A stretch of DNA of 63,657 bases, filler included, from Hausera hauseri (lineage: Eukaryota), in the NCBI GenBank assembly GCA_046269625.1. It is 12 parts of 12 records of this genome, joined end to end, with 100 filler letters (N's around TTAATTAATTAA, not from the genome) between each part and the next. Parts side by side here need not be neighbours in the genome. Positions count along the whole stretch, not along the records: positions 25,018 to 29,002 come from JBJURY010838748.1; positions 29,103 to 33,498 come from JBJURY010602444.1; positions 33,599 to 38,693 come from JBJURY010337269.1; positions 38,794 to 44,208 come from JBJURY010259511.1; 8 more parts are not named here. One strand, written 5' to 3'. A program made the position numbers and the translations under genes. This document shows, piece after piece, positions 25,620-39,090 of the stretch (positions are counted from its first letter, which is position 1; the number at the start of each line of letters is the position of its first letter). The notes under the pieces are model-generated. The model searched no databases, was not told the origin of the DNA, and worked only from the letters and a program-made list of their open reading frames with translations.

Positions 25620-27640
25620 TAGCTAAAATTGTTATGTTATTGGAAAAATCGATAAAAATATTGTAATCAGAACAACTTAGATGGGGAGATATTGCGGCGG
25701 GTCTGTTGCTCATGCTTCACGATCGGACGGCTGGTTTGTCAGCGATGACAGGTCCAATGAATTTTTCAACATATCAGTTGATCGCTTTGTTCCAATCAAA
25801 TAGAATTTGTATAAGACTGACGTAGACATGCAACGGACAACAACCATTACTTCGGATGCAAGTCAACGCGATAACGACATGTAAGGTCATACAGGCAGTG
25901 CCAACATCAGCAGCCTGTTTCTGTTGAACGTTACAAACAGCCAACCAGTGTCGAACATCGTTGTCCAATCGAAGGATACATCGAATGGAAACAACACACA
26001 AGTTGGGATTATTGTCCTCCTGACAATTGGTGGCAAGAACTTGGACGAATAGAGATAACCAGACCCAGATAATCAGCATCGTTAGTTCCTTTATTTTCCA
26101 AAATGGCCAGCAGCCAGGTGCGTAAGGTGGCCATTGTGTCATCGGGCGCATGTTGTAATTCTTTGTTAAGTCTGGTAAGACAATGTGAATTAGCGGGATC
26201 CGTGTTTTCGCGGCATTCCAGTAAAACGGGACAGAGCAAGCGTAGTAGTGCCTTTCGTATGGGAATACTTGATGAAGATCCCCCATGGAGCATTGTCAAC
26301 AATTTACAGCGTATGGCAGATCGACCCATCGGATGTTCGAGTAGAACTGTAATTAATTGACTAAGACAGTGCGTCCGTGACACGATTGAGAAGGGGGGCG
26401 ATCTTGTCAATGCAAAGGGCTGCAATTCGCAATAAGTCGTTGCTAGTTTCGATAAGAACACCATCCGATTGTACACCGTTACAGAAAATGTCTATCGATT
26501 GTCTGCCCAGAGCACCAATGAAAACATGACCAAGCACCAGTCGCAGAAGTCGAACTGGACCGGCAGTAGCAGGGGCAGCAATTGCCGTATAACCGAAGGC
26601 AGCTAACCCAACATGCACATGCATGACATCGACAGGATTGTTGAGCAGAATGGCCACAAACGAATCCTTGCTGACAGATTTAAAATCATTCATAACGATA
26701 CTCGTCAACAATTTCACAACGAGTGTTACCCTCCATAATAACACACTGAATCCAATATTCCAATTTGTGTAACACCGCATTCAATAATGCCAATGACAAC
26801 AATTTACTACCACTCGTGCGGATTACACGTGACGCATGTGACTGCGTCAGAAATTTAGCGCAGACCGTCGATACATTCGTACAAACCTGAGAAAATTGCG
26901 GCGAAGAGCATGTGACGTTCTATCGCCCAGTCGTTGTGCAATGAGCATGAAGCACAAGAAATTCCAACAACCGTGCAATTTCAATATCCAACGATGTCAT
27001 CAGAATATTCAACATCATGTGGTAAAAACTCCGTTAATTTCCCTTACCGAAGTTCTGCTGCAGAAAAAAATGCTGAAGTTGTTTCGGTGTAAATTGTGGA
27101 ATGATTGCGTTTGTGAATTCAAAACCGTCACTTCGTGACGCCAAGAATAACGTAAAATAAATTAGTGTTTGGTAATTGACGACCTTTTGCGATGTCATCA
27201 TGCCAGTTGATTCCTGTATGGCTTGTTTTAATTTCCCGTACACAGCTGCATGTAATTGACGGGAGTGCTGAGGACCAAATTGACTGAGAATAAGTAAACA
27301 TGATGTCAATTTCCCATATTCTTGCGGTTGAATGGGTTCGCTCAAAATATATTCGATAATTTTATCGACGATTGCACTGTGATGTCGTTCACCGATGTTT
27401 TATCAACTAAATAAGATGCAGTCGGCTCTGTGCAACGTGCTTCATTATAATCGATACCACTTCGTAGCCAACCATTTTCCTCTTCAACGTTTTACACAAA
27501 ATATTAATTAAACTCATTATTATTGGAATTTGATACCGTTTCATTCGATCTGTCGATTGATTCGTATCATTTATCGACGAAATCAGTTCGTATTTCACAG
27601 AGATTTTCGCAAAAATGGCCATTAACCATTGACAAACGTA
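25620..27640 (-). pseudogene. Degraded long coding region of unknown (helical/HEAT-like) product
   Basis: Successive Leu-rich minus-strand ORFs (27407-27622, 27034-27345, 26009-26476) broken by frameshifts. No motif recognised. Confidence 0.3.
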
Positions 27641-27688
27641 ATTAACAAATCCATGGCCGGAGTAGAAAAATGCTTTTGACGAACAATT

Positions 27689-28400
27689 CTACCCGGTGTC
27701 AATAAATTCATACAGTATCTTTTCATGAACAACCGAAAATTCTGGAAGTTTCACATCTACATATTTGTTATCGATACGAATCTCCAGTTCATCGGGATCA
27801 TGTCTCTTTTTCAAACCTTTCTCAATTAACAAAGCTCTTCTAGTTGGCTTCTTATCCTTGAATAATTCAATCGTGTCGGCATCGGTAAGGTGTTTATATT
27901 GCGTGATTTGGTTGTCTGTTTCAATAGAGGAATCGGAAACATTATGTCGGGCAAATGCCAGAAAAAATGGTGAAGTCTTTTCCTTAAGGATATATGATTG
28001 TGATTCATTACTGACGGAAAGTACTAACATATCGCTAATTCTACCTGACACATCATTCCAAAATTTAGTATTTGTTGTATGAAGAGCATTGAATCCAATA
28101 TCCTTCTTGAATACGAGTAGAGGTTTAAATGAATCGGAACTATCTAATCGATCTGATTTTAAAGAAGCTTCAAAAATATGGACGTATGATCTGGTCTTGC
28201 TATCTTTCTTAATTAAGCAAAGCGTTATTGAAATGATTTCATTTTCAACATCGAAAAGAGAATCAATTGACACAAATTCCATACTAGCATTAAAATCAGG
28301 AAAATGCACTGATTTTACAACCGAATGGATACAACCGTTTTTGACGATATCGATATCAAATCATAATTTTGCCGAATTGCTTCATTCGTTGCTGGCTTTA
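27689..28400 (-). CDS. Possible kaptin (KICSTOR subunit)-like N-terminal fragment
   Basis: VVKSVHFPDFNASMEFVSIDSL..ITLCLIKKD..SYVHIF resembles kaptin [36 protein letters not shown] as recalled from memory. The C-terminal part does not obviously match. Confidence 0.42.
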
Positions 28401-29102
28401 GGTAGAATATAATTATATACTTCTGTAAACCATTTACCAAATTTTCGTATCCATCAGGAAATAGGGTAAAATTATAAATATTACTTTGAGACGGAGATGA
28501 AATAAAAATAATTCCGAATATTTCATGGGGGATACAAATTAATCAGAAAAGAATTTCTTCAATTGATATTTTGGAATATTTTCTAAATCTTTTGATGACA
28601 GCAAATATTCTTTCATTGCTCTGAGAGGAGTTATATATTTTATTGACTTAACGGTCTCATCGTACATCAAATGGGTTTTAATTTTGGCAACGACTTTTCC
28701 TTCAACTTTATATTTATGTGCGTTCGGTTCATTATCTGGCGGAATACTCTTTTTCGTAGCGGTACATATAACTAAACTTTAAAATATTTAATGATAACTT
28801 TATGGAGAAAGGAACACTAATTTCCTTGACAGCTTTACCAAAACCAAACAGAAAACAAATTCGGAAATGTAAAATTCACAATCTATATAGTCATTATTTG
28901 TCGAAAATTGGTGGAGTTTTTGGAATCAACAGAATAGTACGAACCATCAATTTTGTCTTGGCGCAGTGGTGTAGTGTCCGACGTGTTGACTAGACATTTG
29001 CTNNNNNNNNNNNNNNNNNNNNNNNNNNNNNNNNNNNNNNNNNNNNTTAATTAATTAANNNNNNNNNNNNNNNNNNNNNNNNNNNNNNNNNNNNNNNNNN
29101 NN

Positions 29103-30700
29103 ATTTTTCAACTCGTTCTCTATTTTCGGAGTCTTCTTTTAGTTGCCATAGAAGCTCTTTGATTCTTTCTTCTTTGTCTGCCTTATTTTTAGAGTTTTCT
29201 ACTATTCTTTCTTGAGGACTAGTAAGAATGTCAGATGCTCTATTCTAATTGTTTTGATAGTAGCTTTGACACCATTGTGTAATCTCCTGCAGCATTTGCT
29301 GTCTGTGTTGATGCGAGTTGGAGTTTGTTTCAGTTCATTTAAATATACTTTCCTGATTAGTTTCTTGCTTGTTCTTTGTCTTCTGTCCCCCATGTCTGAT
29401 TCTGTTGGGTGCTTTGTATCCCTAACAGCTGTGACTTCACACATTTCTCTTTCCAATTCTTAGTAAACAAGAGCTTGGGTCGCCCGCCCAATTGATCGTT
29501 TTAGTTTTTTTCTTTCCTTCTGTTAAACTTTTTTCGGTATTTCATGCTCTTTTGAGGGTTGTTGATGAGTTTGCTGTTGGGTTCCTTTTGTGTCTTTCCT
29601 GCATTTGTTTGAACCCTCTACATAGCAGGCGATGCGTTTCCCTGTATCCTGTTGCATACTGTCTGGTCTTTGTCTGCTGCTGTGTTCTGTCTGATTTCTA
29701 ATCGATGATTCGGACCTCTTCCCTACTCGCTCGACAATGTCTGGCTATGTGGCCATTTCTACCACAATAGAAGCACTTGATATTTTGCAATTCTACCATT
29801 TTTGTTGCCTGCGCTCTCTGATTTTATGACCCATTTTCCCACATCCATAACATCGAGTTTGTTGTGCGACTACTTCGTGAACTTAATGTGAATACTGATG
29901 TGAATATCTTCATTAACTTCTGTGCATTTTTTATGGTTTGCTTGTTGATTCTGATGCATATTTTGACATGTTATAACTGGATTGTATGTAATGGATTGTA
30001 TGATAGAATGTATATTCATGGCATGAATTTGGTATGTTGCTAGTATTTCTAGTACTACTGTGTTAAGCATGATGATTGTACGATAGGAAGGGCAGAATGT
30101 AAGACGGGCCTGCATGCCCAATTCTCAACCCTTTGAAAATAATAATTATTTTTACTGCTCTGGTCGAGACTCGGCTGAGTTCTGAGATTCCATATCTCTG
30201 TTGGTTCTTCCATTGTAATCCTCTCTCTGAAGTCCTCTCTTCCCGCCTGTAGATCGCCTCAGTAAATTTTCCTCATCTATGGCAATTTGTATTGCAGTGC
30301 TTAACTGGTCGGGATTTTCTCTCATTAACCGCAGTCGTAATTTGTGACTTTGTAAACCATCTAAATATATAGGGATAAGGATCATTCATCTTTCTGCGTG
30401 TCTTATGTTTTGCCCCATATATGCTTCGTCTGCTACATTCATAAGTTTGTCACTATATATCCGAATGCTTTCATGTCTCTCTTGTTTTATACGTCGTAGA
30501 ACTGTCAACGAGTATTGTGCGTCCGTTATGTCAGCATACCGATGTGCTAAGATTTTTCGAAATTCTGACTATGATTCGTTTGATTTGTCATCTAATCTCC
30601 TTCACACAAAATCGTTAACATATCCATCCGAGGTCATGTACACAATTTTCTTCTTCTCTTCGTCCGTGGCATTCGTAACGTATACATATTTGACTACTTG
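29103..30700 (-). mobile_element. Gypsy gag (CCHC knuckle) and start of pol with protease core missing
   Basis: YLDGLQSHKLRLRLMRENPDQLSTAIQIA and KCFYCGRNGHIARHC near 29735-29780. GRPSSCLLRIGK then jumps to linker sequence without a D-S/T-G motif. Confidence 0.8.
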
Positions 30701-31300
30701 TTAATGAGTGAATTCTCATAAAAACCACTGGATACGCTGAGTTTGTATAAAAAGACACTCGGTCGTTAAATCGACACTGTGAAAGACAGTTGTGAATGTG
30801 TTTTTATGCCATGATTTGGTTATGTTAAAACTAGTACTGAAATAGAGAATTATTTTTTGAATAATACAGTCGACTGTGGCCAGAACGAAACTGTCGATGT
30901 TCTATGTTGTTTAAATCCAGACCATACAGAATGTATACTGCTGAATCTTTCGAGTTATAAATATTGTTGACAAACTGAGCATGTTCAGGCTGAAGTTGTC
31001 TACGTGTGTTGTTGGTTAACCTTCTTACGACACAACTGTGATACGATCGCAGTCGGCAATTTTCCTGCTGCCGAGCGCTTAACGAGAGAAATTCGTTTTG
31101 TTGGTGTACCCTGTGGACGGGTGCAATTGATGACAGAAAACTCAATCGACTTATTTATTGGCGACATTGAATTAACAAGTCAAAATCTGCAAAGCCAAGG
31201 ATCTGCCTTTAGTTCCTTCAAGACGATCCCGTGTTTCACTACGGGATCAAATGTAAACAACTAAAGTAGGACACACTGGCTTTGAGAGCTGTTCTCAGTT

Positions 31301-33498
31301 TTATATGAAAGTTCGGAGCTGACAAGACAAGAATATGTCTTGTGTCAAGACGTTGATAACGCTCCGAGCTTTCTTATCTAGAATGGCCGTTGCTTCAGGC
31401 CATAAGCTACATAAGTCGACCACGTGTAAAATATATTTATTGCCGGACAAAATGGTGGGGTGTGGTCCAGTAATGTTCAGGCTAATCCATTTAAATGGGA
31501 AATGCGGTTGTTTAACGTCCTGGATAGGGTGTTTAAGAGTCTTCAGATGTCTTAATTTACATGTTTCACAATTGGTTACATATTCATAGAATTGCTGGAA
31601 GAGGTCTGGCCAATAGTAACTTCTTGCGATGGCTGTCAATGTCCTATCTCGTCCCATATGCCCATTTTGGTCATCGCAACTTTGCAGTACTAATTTTCTT
31701 AGATGAAGCGGTACGTATAATTGAAGTTTACCTTCCTCTGTTTTTGACATTCAATATAACCTGCCATCTTCTGGCAGAATGATAAATTCTTTTTTGAGCC
31801 GTTGACCGTTTTCTCCAACTTCCATTAATTGCTGCTTACTTTTAAGAACGTCTTCATCATTTTCCTGTTCTTTCTTACTATCTATTTGCAATGGCAGTGT
31901 ACTATTTATTCCTACTATTCGGTTATCATCCTCGTCCTGACTGTTATCTTCGTATAAATCTTTGTGTGACGAACAAATAATGTTCACTTCTAACGTTCGA
32001 TCATCTATATTGGAATATTGGCTTCTTGTTCACTTGTCCCACCCTCTGAAGTGTATGCAACCCAGGATAGGAGATCAGCACAGGTATTTTCTGCACCTGG
32101 TATATATTCAATATGGGTGTTATAACCCTGAAAGTAAAGTATTAAAGTCTGTATCCTGCTGTTTTGAACCTCAGATGTTAGCAGTTGTTTAAGAGGCATG
32201 TGGTCAGTTCTAATACGCACTTTAGAGTTATGCAGATAAAAGTGTAATTTATGAAGAGCATAATGGATTGCGAAGGCCTTTTTTCTCTACTGTTGCCCAC
32301 TTTCTTTGACTTTTACTTAGCCTATGGGATAGAAAATATATGGGTTTCTCGTGTTTTGTAGCAGGCAATACTCCTTCTTCGTTTTCGTTTGCCTTCTGTT
32401 CTAAGACAGCACCTAAGGCTACGTCACTGGCGTCGGTGTATAGTACAAATTCTTTTATCATATCCGGGTACCCCAAAAGAGGGGTTGTTGTCAAACTCTC
32501 TTTCAAGAATGTGAAAGCGTCCTGACATGTTTTGGTCTACTTGAATCTAGCGTGTTTCTTAGTTAGTTCTATGAGTGGTTCAGCAATCTTCGAAAAGTTG
32601 GGTATGAAACGTCTGTAATAACTACAAGTCCCCAGGAATCCCCTAACTTTTTTTACTTTTGATGGACTAGCCATATTCCTGATTGCCTGGACTTTCTCGT
32701 CATCTGGTTTGACTTCGTTCCTGGTGATAACAAACCCCAGGTATTTCGTTTCCCTTTTAAGAAAGGAGCATTCACTGAGCTTCAGCTTCACCCTGTGTAG
32801 CCGTAATCTCTCGAAGACTTTTTCTACGTGCCTTAGGTTAACCTCTACATCGCCTCCTGTGTGGAGCAGGATATCATCGATGTACGCTATTGCATATCCT
32901 TGCATACTCTCCGGGACTCGATCATTAAACTCATTATGACGCTGGGAGCCTTTTAGCCCAAAGGGCATCACGTTGCGAAACTGCCCATGTGCGTTCAGAA
33001 TGCACTTTTCTTCTTAGCATATGGTGTCATTGGTATACACCAGAAATCACTTCTGGCCTCTAACGTAATGAAATATTGGGACTGATGTAGGACTCCGAGG
33101 ATATCATCAATTAAAGGCATTGGATATGAAACATTCGTTGTAATTGAGTTTAAGGCACGATAATCTACACAAAACGGTGACTTCCGTCACGTTTTGTCAC
33201 GATCACACTGGGAAAGCCCATTCTGACCTGAACCGTTCAATAACACCGGCTACTAACATTTGGTCTATAGCTTTTTCTATGATCTCCTGATTCTTTAGGG
33301 GGCTCTGTAAGGTCTCAAGCTGATAGGTTTATGATCCTCAGTTTGTATTTCCATTTCTACCATGTCGTTCTGCCTAACTCAAGGTCTGAGATGGCAAAAA
33401 TATCCGAATGTTTCTTTATACATTTTTCAACTCGTTCTCTATTTTCGGAGTCTTCTTTTAGTTGCCATAGAAGCTCTTTGATTCTTTCTTCTTTGTCT
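31301..33498 (-). mobile_element. Gypsy pol RT-RNase H-integrase (N-terminal half), disrupted; same family as 1-2670
   Basis: MPFGLKGS, AYIDDILL, LYTDASDVALGAVL, TDHMPL, integrase zinc-binding region GHMG..YYWP..CETC. Shares the unusual insert EEGVLPATKHEKPIYFLSH with contig 1 (GEGIVPGTKNERPIHFLSH). Confidence 0.92.
33422..33498 (+). repeat. 77-nt exact terminal direct repeat of contig 7 (equals 29103-29179)
   Basis: Base-for-base identity of the first and last 77 nt of the contig. Confidence 0.97.
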
Positions 33499-35705
33499 NN
33501 NNNNNNNNNNNNNNNNNNNNNNNNNNNNNNNNNNNNNNNNNNTTAATTAATTAANNNNNNNNNNNNNNNNNNNNNNNNNNNNNNNNNNNNNNNNNNNNAA
33601 TAGTTAAATTCCTTACTCCACATCAGGCGGTACTACAATTTCCGAATAGACTGAAACCCAGGCGAATCGAGTGGTTGAAAAGAGTGACGTCAAACAACAA
33701 AACGGCGGGAGAGAGAAGTTAGAAAATATGATAATTTGTTTGAATAATGTCAATTATATTCGAAATATTAATTGATATGGAATATTCTAGTTCTCTTACT
33801 GTCATTACCATAGACGATTTAGACAATCAGCATAAAAATGTAATATAAGATGTAGGGTCTACAATCCAGCCGTTCACAAAGAAGCAACACAGTATATCTA
33901 CCACGTAAAACAAAGTCACAACGCCGAACACTGTTTTTCAGGATGCACATGGACTCAACTCACGACCAAACTCACGTGTAAACTAAGTAAGTCGTCAGAT
34001 GCGGCAGTCAACTCTGGCAAAGGCCAATAGGTAGAAAATTGGAAGTCTGCACCACTCCCGGTGTGCGAATCGATAAATCAATTTGCACATGTGCCGTTAT
34101 GCATCGTTGCTATAGACATTTTTGCACATTTCACTTATAGATCGCTGCACATTGCACAATTGATCGGATCGATGGGGACAAAGTGCTAATTGATATGCAC
34201 ATTAGTGCATATCGATTGGTGAACTGTTTAGGTGCGCAGCACATGTGCAAGTATGCAAAAATCAATAATATCGGTTTCCCGATATGTCCAATATTAACGA
34301 TTAGCACATGGCACCGGGTGCAATCTATTGGAAATACAGTGCTCTATATGAATGTGCAATTAGAATTTAAATCGATCGAATAAATTTCGAATAATATCGA
34401 TCCTACGTGCAACTGGTGAAGACATCCCATATGTTTTTTAGGTCCAAAGGAGTCAAAATTTGACAAATATTTAATCGGGAACAGATAGGAAGTGCAACAT
34501 TGTAACCCAGGTTTTCCATCTCAGATTTCCGAAATTCGGTGCATAACTCCAATAAATATAGATTTTCACCGAATGTTGTAAATTATCTTGACACTCATAA
34601 ATCTCTTCAGAAATCTGAGAGCACTAATCGATTCTCCATGTGCTAGTGCATATATATGTATAGCACTTTGCAGAAGTGCCACACATGTGCAAGTGTGCTT
34701 TAATCAGTAATAGCGCTTTTCTGATAAAACCTATAAAGTTGATTTTAGCATACGAGCAAGTAGACATCGAAAAATGTAAAATCGTACACAAATGGAAAAT
34801 AACATATGCTGTATCCGAATATGGTATCAAATATTGGAAAACACAAATAAAAGTCGAAATTTTGGAATAATTGATTTTTTGTTCGAATAGAAGCAAAAAT
34901 CGAAAAATCTAAAATCGTAGAGGGATAGAAACCCACATGTGTAGAATCTGAATATGACGTCAGATATTCGAAAAGCGGCTTAAATAAAAAGACCGATTTT
35001 TCGATTGAATTCGAATATTTGAATAGTACTGTCGGATTCCCCATATCCGAAAACATTTGTATACCCAACATAAGGTGTGCGAAATGTTTGAAACAGTCTC
35101 AAAATGAATAAAGCATTGAAAAATGCGATAATATTCAGTCAAGAATGCATTATTGGAACAATGTGATCACTCCAATCAACTGTATGAAAACGTATTTGGT
35201 GCCAAAGTGCATTTAATTTATTTGATGCATTAAAACAAAGTTTTCTAGAATTTTCGAAAATTCAAATATTTCAAAATCCATAAATGAGGGAGTATGCGTT
35301 GATATGGCTATATGTTTCGTTATTTCCAAAATCAGTTCAATAAATGGTGAGATTTTTATTTGTGCTCCTCAAATAATTAATCGATTTTTAGATGTGCAAT
35401 CTATACAAGCAGTGCTTGGCTCAAATCCACAAGCCTGAAAATTGCCACAATATCATGTAGAAATACTTCAATCACCTATACAACAGGGCTGAGTATTATA
35501 TATGTCGTACATGTGAGATAGTGTATAAGACAAAATATGAAGAAATTTACAATGCCCATAAAAAACACCTGATTTCCTTCACCAAGTCGAAAAAACAAAT
35601 AATGCCTTCCTTGCTTAAGCAAAATCAAAGATGCAATTCATACGTGTATTGAGCGTGTGCAATACACAACCTTCAGAACTGTCATTAATACTATGAGGTG
35701 CTATT

Positions 35706-38693
35706 ATGGATACAAATTTAATAGGATCCTCTATTATATGCCCAGAATGTGAGGTTGTATGTGATGGAGAATACATGCAGTTTTCCGAAGATCATCTTGT
35801 TCATTTGACAGACTTCAAGTCAAAGTCAAGGAATTCCATATTTAATGAGCAGCATCCTGCCTTAGCTGCACAGACTGCTTCAGCAGAACAGGCAGTTGTA
35901 CAGAACGCTTTGGAAGCACAGACTGCTTCAGCAGAACAGGCAGTTGTACAGGCCGCTTTGGCAGAAAAGTCCGATTCAGGACTAAAACGCAAAGCAGCAG
36001 GAGCAGAAGGCCAAATACAGAGGCTATTTGATGCGGCAGCATTAGAGAGAAAATGCCGCAGATATGTTATTCAGGCAACTGGACAAATAATCCTCCAAGA
36101 CTTTCTCTTATACACAAAGGCGAAACATAGGAAATTCTTCAGGACAACATGGCTGAGCTCAAATCCCTTAAGATGAATATGAAACTGAAGGCCACATACA
36201 TCAATTTTGATAGCGAGGATTCCACATGGGCCTTAAAGACCATAAATAGACCCATATTGGAAAACGACAATATAAGAGATTGGTTGCAAGAGGCGCACGA
36301 GAAGCTGATTAGTGAAGCCGAGGAGAGCCAGGATAAGAAAAGCGGGTGGACTATGGCAACCATCAAGAGATTGATTGTGTATGTTCACAAGTACTCTCCC
36401 ATGCGGGGCAATTCATATATTCAGCTCCTTGGTCCGATGGCTAATAAAAAGCATGTATCAATGCCCATATAATGACAACATATGTTTCATGTATGCCATT
36501 CTATCAAAACCCGTAACGGAACAAAATCATACTTCACGAGTTTGGCTATATAAATATGTGCAGCAAAACTATGACTTGCAATGTATCAAGTTCGCTCCAT
36601 TCATAGATAAAGTAAAAAATTGTGAAAAGTCAAAAGCTTATCCATCAATATCTTGAGATTGGATGAGGAAGAAAAATTCTATCTCCTGCAGATATGCGAT
36701 GCTGAATTGGAAGATCATAGGGATCTGCTTCTACTAGACGAGTGAAAAAAGAAACGTTATGTTTGGATCAAAGACTATTAGTGGCTAGTCAGATCACAAA
36801 TTACGAAACATTATGGGCAAATAAAAATACGTAAACGATGCTTGTCCTATTTCGGCGGCGATGTACCTATACTGAAGCCGAAAGAGCACAAGATGTACTG
36901 CAACAACAATTATTTTATCAGGCCAGATTTTCCCAATATTATGAGCATACCAATATCATGAGCTCTCAAGATATTGCATGTATGCCAAAGGACTGGACGG
37001 TGAAACATATCTATTCAGGGGTCCAGGCGCAGCAGCTAATTTCATAAAAGAACTTGAAGATATGGCTCATAGGATTGGTGACATGCATCAGCAACATAAG
37101 GATACAATGAGCAAGTCGAAGTAGCAAGAAGAAGAATGGCGCCAAGCAACAGCATGTTACTTGTGCTCCAAATCATTCACAAAGGATAATTATAAAGTCA
37201 GGGATCATTGCCATTTTACAGACAAATATCGAGACGCGGCATGCAACTACTGCAATCTACGTTGCAAAACATGTACACATGTGCCTATAGTGTTCCATAA
37301 TCTCAGTGGCTATGATTTCCATTTCATTGTTCTGGAGCTTGGTAGCAGTGAAGGAAACATTAATGTGATCCCTAATAGTGAGGAAAAATACATCTCATTT
37401 ACCAAGCACGTTGGAAAAATCAGGCTTCGCTTCATGGGAAGTTTCTGTTTCATGTCGTATTCACTTGACAGTTTAGTGAAGAACCTGCCTGCAGAAGAAC
37501 TCAAGGGGACAAAGCGGTTTTTTCCCACTATATTTGATCTTGTCAAAAGGAAAGGCGTGTTTACCAACACTATATAATTTCATAGGAAACACTGGATGAG
37601 ACCTCATTGCCGGTCAAGAACGATTTTTACCATATCCTCTCTGATTGTAATATCAGTAATATGGACTACCAGCATGCTCAGAACGTCTAGCATGCATTCC
37701 AATGCCGAACATTAGGAGAATACAGCGACATATACCTCAAGACGGACGTTCTGCTTCTGACGGATGTCTTTGACAGTGTCAGGGATGTTGTGATAAAGAG
37801 TCATGCATTGGATCCGGCTCATTTCTTTACGGCTCCAGGGATGAGTTTGGCAGCAATGATGCGCTATACTGGTATTAGGCTGCAGATCATAAAGGATTAC
37901 GACATGATCCTCATGATCGAGAAAGGCATTAGAGGCGGAATATGCCAGGCTATTCACCGGTATAGTAAAGCCAACAACAATTATATAGCCCAGTGCGACC
38001 CAGCAAAGGAATCTTCATATATACCATACCTGGATGCCAACAACCTAAATGGATAGGCCATGAGCGCGCCATTGCCATATGATGACTTCAAGTGGGTCAA
38101 GAATCTTGGAAGAATCCCTATACTGGATCCGGATCCCACTGGAGATATGACCTACATACTGGAGATGGATATGGATCATCCGTCTTCTATCCACAGAAGG
38201 CATCAACAGCGGTCTTTCCTCCCTGAGAGGAAGCCTCCACCTCGTGGAAAATATAACAAACTGCTCTTTCATTTCGATAGTAAAAAGAGGTATGTAGTTC
38301 ACTATATAAATCTCCGTCAAGCGGTCAGAAATGGACTCAGCATTGCTAAAATCCATCGAGCCCTGCAGCTGAGATAGTCCAACTGGCTGAATCCCTACAT
38401 AGACCTCAATACCAAGCTGCGGACAAATGCCAAGAACGACTTTGAGAAGGACCGGTTCAAGCTTTACAACAACAGCGTTTTTGGCAAGATCAAAATATGA
38501 AGAATATCCGTAACAGGATCAACCTCTAACTGGTCTCTGAGTAAAAGAGGGCAAAGGAGCTCATTGCCAAGCCCAAATTCCACAGTAGCATCATATATGA
38601 TGAGAACTTGGTCAGAATCCATATGCTGAAAACATCCTTGCAATTTAACAAGCCCATATATGTGGGTATGGCAATACTGGACCTGTCAAAGAC
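35706..38693 (+). pseudogene. Second, divergent Polinton protein-primed DNA polymerase B, disrupted and truncated by contig end
   Basis: [102 protein letters not shown]. Confidence 0.92.
35868..35963 (+). repeat. 48-bp in-frame tandem duplication (AQTASAEQAVVQxAL x2)
   Basis: Two near-identical units starting at 35868 and 35916. Confidence 0.95.
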
Positions 38694-39090
38694 NNNNNNN
38701 NNNNNNNNNNNNNNNNNNNNNNNNNNNNNNNNNNNNNTTAATTAATTAANNNNNNNNNNNNNNNNNNNNNNNNNNNNNNNNNNNNNNNNNNNNTATAGCC
38801 AAAAACATTTCATTTACAAAGCATAAATACTGATGTATTTTTGATTGTTGAAAATAATGACAAAAGCAAGATTTCATTAGAAAATATAATACAATATCAG
38901 ACCTTGATTAATACAAATAGTACCACATTTGAGGAGAAAGACAAAGGTGAATGTTGAAGAGACTGATGTTTGTACCTATACAGAAAGATTTCCGTATTAG
39001 AGCGCAATCTAATGGGTAAAATATATTTGGCTTGTGATTGGAATGAAATCTTCTCCATTTCAACAAAGAAGCAAAAGAAGAGCTAATAAA

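Noticed and set aside
29636-29642. GGGAAAC slippery heptamer after the gag knuckle in contig 7
   Set aside because: Plausible, but a stop and an apparent indel between the knuckle and the heptamer prevent confirming the phase.
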